Below, in pieces: positions 8,101 to 14,747 of a stretch of 41,575 bases of DNA. Source of the stretch: Paracoccaceae bacterium (lineage in GTDB: Bacteria; Pseudomonadota; Alphaproteobacteria; Rhodobacterales; Rhodobacteraceae). Positions within the stretch are counted from its first letter, which is position 1; the number at the start of each line of letters is the position of its first letter. The stretch spans positions 1 to 41,575 of the forward strand of contig JALWJU010000424.1 in assembly GCA_026997055.1 (NCBI GenBank), given 5' to 3'. Made by a program: the position numbers and the translations under genes. A model generated the notes under the pieces. The model saw only the letters and a list, made by a program, of their open reading frames with translations, was not told where the DNA came from and did no database searches.

Positions 8101-10650
8101 AACATCATCCGGATCCTAGGGCAGGCACGGTTGCTCGAAGGCGAAAGGACGCGCGCTTCGACGAATCCTCCGAAACAAGTCACGGAGTATCTCGAAAAGC
8201 TCGCGCCCTTGGTAAACCGACAACCGGGCGAACTCGCGGAAACTATCAAGGAGCTTCTTCTCCAAAAGAACGCGTTGACCGATCAATGGCTCCTTGCAAT
8301 CGGTCGGTATGCTTCGTTCCCACTAAAGCTGGTTCCGAGAGGCGAACGGACCCTGAAAAGGTGCGTAAAATGTGCAAAGTCCACCATGGTAACCCCCTTG
8401 AACGTTTGCACGACACCCCACTGCGACTCGCGCGATTTCGTCGACGTTCCCAACCCAGATGAGGACTACTATGCCTGGGTTTCACGAGAACCCGTCCACC
8501 GAATGTCCGTCGCTGAGCTGACCGGCCAGACGAAACCCATGTCCGAACAGAGAAAAAGGCAGCGCCTGTTCAAGGGCCAAGCGTTCGTTGGCGAGGAACA
8601 CGAGGTCACGCATGGCCTCGATGCCCTGTCAGTCACGACAACAATGGAAGTCGGCGTCGACATCGGCTCCCTGAAACTTGTCATGATGGCGAACATGCCA
8701 CCCCAAAGGTTTAACTACCAACAACGGGTTGGTCGAGCTGGTCGAGCCGGACAGGCATTCTCTTACGCAATAACCATCTCTCGCGGTGCCGCTCACGACG
8801 ACTACTACTTCAACAAGCCAGAGCGCATGACCGGGGATGTCCCGCCTCAGCCCGAGCTAGACCTCTCCCGGCCAGAGATCATTCGACGCGTTTCGACAGC
8901 GGAAGCGTTGCGTCGTGCATTTGGCAGCCTTTCAAACCCGCCAGCGCGAAGCCCGGAGAGCGCGCATGGCGCTTTTGGCTCCGTCGACGAATGGTTTCCG
9001 ACTTACCGCGCGAGTATTTCGAACTGGCTGTCGACGTCGCCGGAAGTTAACGAAATCGTGGAAAGGCTTTGTGCTTATACGCCGCTTGAGCGCACGGCCC
9101 AGGCCGATGCGATCGTGTCTTATCTTCGGAACGAACTCATCACGAAGATCGGTGAGTGTGTTCAAAGCAGTCAGTTCATCCAAGCCGAACTTAGTCACCG
9201 GCTGGCAGTTGCAGGCCTACTCCCGATGTTTGGGTTCCCAACGCAGGTGAGAAGCCTATTTTGGGACAAGATGGCGAACCGGGCAGAAGACACCGTGATC
9301 AGCGACCGCCCCCTCGATCATGCAATTTGGGCCTTTGCACCAGGTTCGGAGATACCAAAAGACAAGCGGTTATACACGGCTTGCGGCTTCGTCCTACGCC
9401 GAGACGGCTTCCAAGGCGTCGTGAATGAAGCCGCTCCGCTCGGTGCCTCCTTACCCTACTGGAGGTGCACGGAAAAGGCGTGCGGGACAATAGCTCAAGG
9501 CAATGCCGAGACCTGCCACGTCTGCGGGAATCCTGCGCAGACATTCCCCCTATACCAGCCGAAAGGCTTCATGGCACACTGGAAGGCCAGGGACTACGAT
9601 GGCCAACGTCAGCGCGGCCCCGCGCTTCCTCCACCAGTTCGCGCATTCGATCAGGCCTACGATCCATCAAGCAGTTGTGGCCCAATGCTCCTAGCACTCG
9701 GACAAGGACAGGTCGCCCTGATCAACGATAACGGCGGCGATCTATACGAGTTCACCCAAGAACCGCATGACAAGGTCACGGTCCGTGACAGCTCGCTTTA
9801 TCGGGATGGCAACATGTTCACGGGCGTAGGGGGGGAAGTAATTGATCGCGGGGCCATCGGAGCGGTCTTCACGACCGACGTGTTGAGCTTCTACTTTGAC
9901 GGCGCACCCGGCGTGGGCAACGCGGGCGTTCTTGACGTTGTCGAACAAAGGTCCGCGCGCGCCGCCATCGCCTCCTTCGCCGAGTTCGTGAAGCTCGCGA
10001 TTTCCACCGAGCTGGATATTGACCCAGAGGAGTTTCGTTCCGGCCGCCAGCGCTTGAAGCTTGATGGGCGCGCCTGTGAAACGGAGCAGGTTTTCATCGC
10101 GGATAAGCTGGAGAACGGCGCGGGGTATTCCCGATGGGCCGCGAAACCCGAGAACATGCGGCGCTCACTCGAGCGGTTCTTGGATGGAGACGATGGCGTC
10201 GGGCGATCTTGGCAGGACGACGCCCATGCGCGAGACTGCGATTGTTCGTGCCCAGACTGCCTGAGAAGCTACGCCAATCGTTTCATACACGGCCTGTTGG
10301 ATTGGCGCCTCGCGCTCGACCTCGCAGACCTAGCGCTGGGACGTGGACTCGACACGGGAAGGTGGCTTGGAGGTCCAGAGGATCGAGCGGCACAATCGTT
10401 CAAGGCTTTTTGCGATAGCACGGGTCTTCCCGTCGAAATTGATTACGCGGAAGGTCTCACGGCAATCGTTTCTGGTGCCAATGCTCTAATTCTCGGCCAT
10501 CCACTTTGGCACACCCGGGAGGGCCTGTGGCAACCCCAGCAAGTTGATGCCCGAAATGAACTACGCGCGAGGGGCATCGAGGCCAAGTGCGTCGATGTGC
10601 GCGACTTCGCTGCCCGCCCTGCCGTCTACTACATGGAGCTTCGCACGTGA
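5143..10650 (+). CDS. druE: DEAD/DEAH-box superfamily-2 helicase with C-terminal DUF1998 (MrfA-type Zn) domain, 1835 aa; DruE-like (Druantia)
   Basis: Walker A VVTSGTGSGKTESFLLP, motif II VVDELHSYRG, motif VI QQRVGRAGRAGQ, and the C-terminal cluster CDCSCPDCLRSYANRF typical of DUF1998. Several additional CxxC pairs are present. The size and the fused helicase+DUF1998 architecture match DruE rather than the split DISARM DrmA/DrmB. Confidence 0.75.
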   Translation: MRQATPTRVQNYIREAYLKYYDSAFWMRDDGIMAERRKLLQADGVMAQEPLLEAVPQYPSVEAIEEACKRAGLSSETASRLGPLVFGSDKSIKLRQHQAEALVAAMVGNELGQRNVVVTSGTGSGKTESFLLPILAGILEERVRKGKRGPIKPWWEKDLERHDTSWKHSRSLASNTSDAAIRALVLYPTNALVEDQISRLRGAAMRGIEETGEPIFFFGRYTGATLGTTYFPPGTLKASDRGKINKISKEIRDIAREATELKHSLEAAGKSPTEILEAASQFQDPYCGEMLTRWDMISAPPDILITNTSMLNIMLLRDVEVPIFEKTRKWLEADEANHFSLVVDELHSYRGTQGTEVALVVRNLLDRLGLGPDSAQLRCIGTSASLDPESGKEYLEQFFGVDRKTFVILPGQPEDFSANLPVETDVLERNLALLNSEDPEKVKAASEDICKHFSPRIALAAACNEAGSLVSSAGGAGDSAVIVRPAKLSKIGKSLFGARSSHELLDAIMIAAAHEDRGTWEKPKPTFRSHMFMRQVQGIWACSNPECTEVEKEFRSRGRKIGRLFKSPALKCECGGQVLELLYCYDCGEAFLAGFVVPSSSEALKDQIFLEATKSVEGGGYPGMVYERPHSEFRWYWPGGQIPAGSSRWTHGFPGEGGSGTFQFQTARFDHHLGLLVPGDPEPTGVVLTIPPDLPEGRTVAGLPETCPHCLSSYSSRNQRDLKAFYRGTVQTPIRGLRTGLNVTTQLIADRAMLSAGDGATAEKMIAFTDSRDDAADLAAGLELHHFRDLVRQLVFKQFSGAAILTCAELQKIIQAVKNGDPDAVAKRDAANEKTPGIYEAAVKIAFGVDEEADRELAARHDAAVESGSIAWSALMIALRESLVALGQNPAGTDASRATDRPDGGGTPWWKFFDPPEGATWAPLDAAAASDGRREFMAHLSRTVASSLFDQAGRDLESMGTATIELDSECGAKLGMDDALAKGIVGNIIRILGQARLLEGERTRASTNPPKQVTEYLEKLAPLVNRQPGELAETIKELLLQKNALTDQWLLAIGRYASFPLKLVPRGERTLKRCVKCAKSTMVTPLNVCTTPHCDSRDFVDVPNPDEDYYAWVSREPVHRMSVAELTGQTKPMSEQRKRQRLFKGQAFVGEEHEVTHGLDALSVTTTMEVGVDIGSLKLVMMANMPPQRFNYQQRVGRAGRAGQAFSYAITISRGAAHDDYYFNKPERMTGDVPPQPELDLSRPEIIRRVSTAEALRRAFGSLSNPPARSPESAHGAFGSVDEWFPTYRASISNWLSTSPEVNEIVERLCAYTPLERTAQADAIVSYLRNELITKIGECVQSSQFIQAELSHRLAVAGLLPMFGFPTQVRSLFWDKMANRAEDTVISDRPLDHAIWAFAPGSEIPKDKRLYTACGFVLRRDGFQGVVNEAAPLGASLPYWRCTEKACGTIAQGNAETCHVCGNPAQTFPLYQPKGFMAHWKARDYDGQRQRGPALPPPVRAFDQAYDPSSSCGPMLLALGQGQVALINDNGGDLYEFTQEPHDKVTVRDSSLYRDGNMFTGVGGEVIDRGAIGAVFTTDVLSFYFDGAPGVGNAGVLDVVEQRSARAAIASFAEFVKLAISTELDIDPEEFRSGRQRLKLDGRACETEQVFIADKLENGAGYSRWAAKPENMRRSLERFLDGDDGVGRSWQDDAHARDCDCSCPDCLRSYANRFIHGLLDWRLALDLADLALGRGLDTGRWLGGPEDRAAQSFKAFCDSTGLPVEIDYAEGLTAIVSGANALILGHPLWHTREGLWQPQQVDARNELRARGIEAKCVDVRDFAARPAVYYMELRT

Positions 10651-12620
10651 TCGAGATCATCGGACAACACGGCACCCCCGAATACGACGCGGCCCTAAAG
10701 ATCCGTGCGGCTCTGAATTCCTATTGGCCGGGAATAGACAAGTCGCCAGCCGATCTAGACCACGTTAAGATCGCGGTGAATACCAAGTTGGCTGGGTACA
10801 AGGTAAGCGACATCGACATCGTAATTGCGGCCAAGTTTGCCCGAGGACGGTATTTTGTACCGAAATCAACCCTAAAAGACAAGGACGGGCGCAGGATCGT
10901 CGGGGCTAAGATTCGGGTCTTCTCTCTCGTGGCCGCCATAGAGGTCAAGGGACATGACGCGCGTGGATTGAACATTAGCAACGGTGGCATCAATGTAACT
11001 TACAAGGGCGGATCGAAGAGCGCGACAGATCAAAATGATGCTCAGGCACAGGCGCTAAAGAGTTACTTCAGTGATCTCACGCGTCAGAACCCGTGGGTGT
11101 ATCGTTCGGTACTCCTCACTGGCATCAACGAACTTCCAAGGGATCGAGGACGCCGGGTTCCGGATGCCGGTGCCGTGGCGGCGAACTTTGATTTCGCAAC
11201 CTTGCTTTGCGCGATGGTAGGGATCCATGGTGTCGGCAAGATCGGAAACGAGTACACGATTTCGTCCGCCAAGCCGAACACCATGGAAACCATACTGTCC
11301 GCCTCCATCTTTCGCCGGGTGGTACCATCGAACCTCGACCGAAAAAAGATGGATCGGATTGCTGCTAGACCACCGGAAGCGCTGGAACTTGCCGGCCGGA
11401 TCGGTGCGGAACGGGTTCACCTCCGCGGTGAAGGTGGAACTGGCAAAACCGTTCTGCTGGCACAGGCGGCGCACGAAGGCTTCAGGTCGCATGGAAAACG
11501 CTCGCTGTTTCTGACCTACAACCACGCCTTAACCGCCGACATTCAAAGGCTTCTAGCCCTACTCGGAGTTCCTAGCAGTGGCGAGTCCGGGGGCGTGGAT
11601 GTCCGAACCGTGATGTCTTTCATTTACTCCTGGTTACGAAGGCTTGGCGCAATTGGCGCTGATGAGGACTTGGACTTCGACCGGTACAGCGAACACTGCA
11701 CGAAGGCTCTGGAATTCTTAGAGGCCGGGCTCTTGACCGACGAAGACATTGCGCGGGCAAAATCCAGCAACTTCGAAGAATTCGATTACGATGCCATCCT
11801 CGTTGATGAAGCGCAGGATTGGCCGCAACCAGAAGCGGACCTACTTGTCAGGCTATACGGGGGCAACCGAATTTCCCTGGCAGACGGGATTTCCCAGCTC
11901 GTGAGGGGCACGGCCACGGACTGGCGGTCATCCGTTCGTGATCGTGAGGGTACAAAGAATCTCGCGCTCCATGAATGCTTGCGCATGAAGAACAATCTCG
12001 GGCAATTTTCGAATCTCGTTGCCGAACAAGCCGGCCTAAATTGGCAAATTACCCCGAACTCGCAGGCCGCGGGCGGAAGAGTCATCATTCGAGACGGATT
12101 CTTCCACGAGATGCCGGACTTGCATCGGGATCTCTTGACCAAGGCGGCGGATGATGGATGCGAGCCAATTGACTGCCTTTACTGCGTTCCTGCCTCGGGA
12201 GTTCAAACGCGCGGGAATGGCCGAGCTAGCATCCTTGGCATTGCAATGGAAGATCGGGGGCTTTCTGTTTGGGATGGTGTTGACCCTATCGCGCGTCGTG
12301 ACTACCCCAGATCCACCAAGGACAACCGGATCGTTCAATACGATTCCTGTCGAGGCCTCGAAGGTTGGGTGGTCGTTCTCGACTCCTTGGACGACTTTTG
12401 GGAAGCCAAGTACCGTGTTGCTCTTGCGGAACCACCTGTTTCGAGTATCCCAATGAGTCCAGAGGAGCGAGCGCGGCGGGTAGCATGGACGTGGTGCATG
12501 ATGGCATTCACTCGGCCCATCGACACACTCGTAATTACTCTCAAGAATCGCGGAAGCGAGGTCTCACAGGCATTGAGTCGCATCGCAGAAGCCAACCCGG
12601 ACCTCGTCGATGTACCATGA
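10647..12620 (+). CDS. NERD/PD-(D/E)xK nuclease domain fused to an SF1 (UvrD/AAA_19-like) helicase ATPase, about 657 aa
   Basis: GTG 10647 overlaps the druE-like stop (GTGA), so I prefer it to the GTG at 10587 given in the ORF track. The N-terminal SDIDIVIAAKF...VAAIEVKGHD (D..E-x-K) followed by Q-rich DQNDAQAQALKSYF resembles NERD. Walker A is GEGGTGKTVLLAQ, Walker B is AILVDEAQDW, and the C-terminal DSCRGLEGWVVVL resembles the UvrD_C KGLE motif. Confidence 0.75.
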   Translation: MIEIIGQHGTPEYDAALKIRAALNSYWPGIDKSPADLDHVKIAVNTKLAGYKVSDIDIVIAAKFARGRYFVPKSTLKDKDGRRIVGAKIRVFSLVAAIEVKGHDARGLNISNGGINVTYKGGSKSATDQNDAQAQALKSYFSDLTRQNPWVYRSVLLTGINELPRDRGRRVPDAGAVAANFDFATLLCAMVGIHGVGKIGNEYTISSAKPNTMETILSASIFRRVVPSNLDRKKMDRIAARPPEALELAGRIGAERVHLRGEGGTGKTVLLAQAAHEGFRSHGKRSLFLTYNHALTADIQRLLALLGVPSSGESGGVDVRTVMSFIYSWLRRLGAIGADEDLDFDRYSEHCTKALEFLEAGLLTDEDIARAKSSNFEEFDYDAILVDEAQDWPQPEADLLVRLYGGNRISLADGISQLVRGTATDWRSSVRDREGTKNLALHECLRMKNNLGQFSNLVAEQAGLNWQITPNSQAAGGRVIIRDGFFHEMPDLHRDLLTKAADDGCEPIDCLYCVPASGVQTRGNGRASILGIAMEDRGLSVWDGVDPIARRDYPRSTKDNRIVQYDSCRGLEGWVVVLDSLDDFWEAKYRVALAEPPVSSIPMSPEERARRVAWTWCMMAFTRPIDTLVITLKNRGSEVSQALSRIAEANPDLVDVP

Positions 12621-12648
12621 TCCACTTGCTGGATGAAAGTTCAGATGG

Positions 12649-12885
12649 GTGAACGATTTCGTAACATTTTCTCTAGAAAATCGTTTCATGCGTGTTTGGA
12701 AACTCGAAGCCTGCTGGGATGAAGAGCGGATCGCGTGCCGCTGGGGATATGCACTCGCCGTTTCGGCCGAGGAAGCACTTGCCCTGTGCAAGGCCACGAG
12801 CGGACTTCCCCTGAATTTCGTACACGAGAAACATCCTGCCATGCTTTGGCCGGGGGAACCCGGGAAACGGGTCAGTTGGAGCTAA
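12649..12885 (+). CDS. Possible small Trp-rich protein (65-78 aa), hypothetical
   Basis: Open frame from GTG 12649, or ATG 12691 (MRVWKLEACWDEERIACRWGY...). It lies directly downstream of the helicase operon and its last 14 nt overlap the convergent glycosylase gene. No recognisable motif. Confidence 0.25.
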   Translation: MNDFVTFSLENRFMRVWKLEACWDEERIACRWGYALAVSAEEALALCKATSGLPLNFVHEKHPAMLWPGEPGKRVSWS

Positions 12886-13585
12886 GCGCTCCCTTCGACC
12901 TACAACGGGAGAAAACAAGGCAAGCCGAGCATCCCGGCCTCCGTGCCGTGCAGACCAGACTTCCGAAATCTAACACTGACCAGTTTATCTCGATAGGCTG
13001 TTGTCCCTTCACGAGCCAATGAGCAGCCTCCTGTAGCCAAGGGTCGTGGCGAATATCGGCGAGTCGACGGGGGCGGATGTATCTCTCGAGCAGCCTTGCC
13101 ATGTTGACATCGAGCAAGGGCCGCGGCTGGCCATGCTGGAACAAGAGAATTGCGTTTTGGACATACTGGCCCACGGCCGGCACCGAGGAAAGCTCGGCGG
13201 GGTCATCCGGGAAAACCCCGCCCCTGCCGCTAGCGTAGGAAGCAAGCCCTTTAAGCGAAAGCGCCCTGCGTTTCCAAAGTCCGATCGGCCGGAGCAGTTC
13301 CTCAAGGTCCTCGGTTCGTGTTTCCGCGATATCCGCCCAACTTCGAAATCGCGAGAAGAACCCCTCGTAAATACCGGCCACGGTTTCCGCGCGTGTTCGC
13401 TGGAGGAGAACCTCCACACAGATCCTCTCGAAAGTACCGGTCCCCGGTGTGCGCCATGGCAAGCTGCGGCCGTGTTGCGCGTACCACTGCAAGAGATGAC
13501 GCCGCAGGCGGGTAATCCGTTGTTTTTCCCCGCGCGTCAGGGGATCAGGCGAAGACATGGACTTCCGGTGGCGGAAAGAGGGCAT
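12872..13585 (-). CDS. HhH-GPD superfamily DNA glycosylase (EndoIII/MutY/Mig-like) with a [4Fe-4S] cluster; likely monofunctional mismatch glycosylase
   Basis: LPWRTPGTGTFERICVEVLLQRTRAETV matches the MutY/Nth N-terminal signature. The HhH is VPAVGQYVQNAILLF, with Tyr where EndoIII has the lyase Lys. The catalytic-Asp region is LLDVNMARLLERY. The cluster CTARRPGCSACLVFSRC fits C-x6-C-x2-C-x5-C. The gene overlaps the upstream endonuclease gene. Confidence 0.75.
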   Translation of the reverse strand: MPSFRHRKSMSSPDPLTRGEKQRITRLRRHLLQWYAQHGRSLPWRTPGTGTFERICVEVLLQRTRAETVAGIYEGFFSRFRSWADIAETRTEDLEELLRPIGLWKRRALSLKGLASYASGRGGVFPDDPAELSSVPAVGQYVQNAILLFQHGQPRPLLDVNMARLLERYIRPRRLADIRHDPWLQEAAHWLVKGQQPIEINWSVLDFGSLVCTARRPGCSACLVFSRCRSKGALSSN

Positions 13586-14747
13586 CGAAATCCGAGGGAT
13601 GGATCTTGAACAGGTACCCGTGATCGCGCACGCGCCGCGGCCCCTTCTGTGACATCAAGTAGTCCACGGAAACAACCCCACCCTCGAGAAGGGCGTCGAG
13701 GTTCCTTGCCCTTGGCTCCTTCGTGTGGACCACCCGGACATAGTGAAATTCCTCGCTAGAGCCTCTCCCCCGCGTTTTAGCCTCGACCCAGAAGGTCTGG
13801 GGATGTTTGTCTTGTAGACGGGTGCGGAGCTTGTCCATTTCCCAAGTCGTAACATGGGTCTTGGTCAAGGTATCCGTGTCGACATGGTTCTGTTTCAACC
13901 AGTCTTTCACGGAATCTACCTCTAGAATAAATCCAGTGGAGTTTGGTTTTAACGCGTTTATCTCGCAGTTTAGCCGCAGCTTTCCATCGCGAAAGTAGCC
14001 GTATGTCGATAGCAGGTTCCACGCGTTTTCTATTGGGCTTATCTTCCAATTTGGAGCCTGGGAAAAAAGGGTCACGCGGTTCGGATTTTTCGTCTTCAGG
14101 CGTTTTGCCTTGATCTCGATGCCCTTGAAGTCTGGCTCCTTGCTCGAGTTTGCGGCAATGCCTAGCAGGGTTTCAAGCGTCATCCCCACGCCAGTGTCGC
14201 CCGGTCGCAAGGTTGGAACAAACCCTCGCCCGGAAATCTCCCGGATCCGTTCAAGGAGCTCGACGACAGCGGGTTCCGGCGCGATCTTGCCCACCCGTGC
14301 CGCGATCTCGAAAAGAGGCGTGCCCGGCTTGTTGATCGAGTTCAAGATTTCAGCGCGGCTACAGTTTACCACGTAAAGCGTGTCGTCCTGAACGATCAGG
14401 GCGAGAAGATTGTACGGCTCCGCGTACTTCCCAAGCCGACTGAACCAAATGCGCGGGTCTCCCTTCTTCGTCATCGGTCGGTAAAGCGAAACCGTTGTCT
14501 TCTCGAGGCCCCTAGGTCCAACGAAGAAAACCCTCCTCGTCACCTTTGCATCGGGACCCTGCTCCTGGGAGTCGTAGTCATGAAATCCCGCATCGACGAG
14601 GTATCGGCGGACGTTGCCGGTCGCATCGATAATCGATTTTTTCATGCCGGTGGGCGTGGGAACGAGCAGGCCGACATCCAAGTCGTACTTGTTGAAGGTC
14701 TTCAGGACCTCGCTGATACTCGTGTCGCTCTTCTCAAGCATCGTCAC
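13545..14747 (-). CDS. Type II restriction endonuclease, MutH/Sau3AI/MvaI-BcnI-like catalytic domain with an extra N-terminal domain
   Basis: GDTGVGMTLETLLGIAANSSKEPDFKGIEIKAKR closely parallels the MutH segment [33 protein letters not shown], which carries the E-x-K active site. The gene overlaps the upstream C5-methyltransferase gene by 14 nt. Confidence 0.6.
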   Translation of the reverse strand: MTMLEKSDTSISEVLKTFNKYDLDVGLLVPTPTGMKKSIIDATGNVRRYLVDAGFHDYDSQEQGPDAKVTRRVFFVGPRGLEKTTVSLYRPMTKKGDPRIWFSRLGKYAEPYNLLALIVQDDTLYVVNCSRAEILNSINKPGTPLFEIAARVGKIAPEPAVVELLERIREISGRGFVPTLRPGDTGVGMTLETLLGIAANSSKEPDFKGIEIKAKRLKTKNPNRVTLFSQAPNWKISPIENAWNLLSTYGYFRDGKLRLNCEINALKPNSTGFILEVDSVKDWLKQNHVDTDTLTKTHVTTWEMDKLRTRLQDKHPQTFWVEAKTRGRGSSEEFHYVRVVHTKEPRARNLDALLEGGVVSVDYLMSQKGPRRVRDHGYLFKIHPSDFDALFPPPEVHVFA

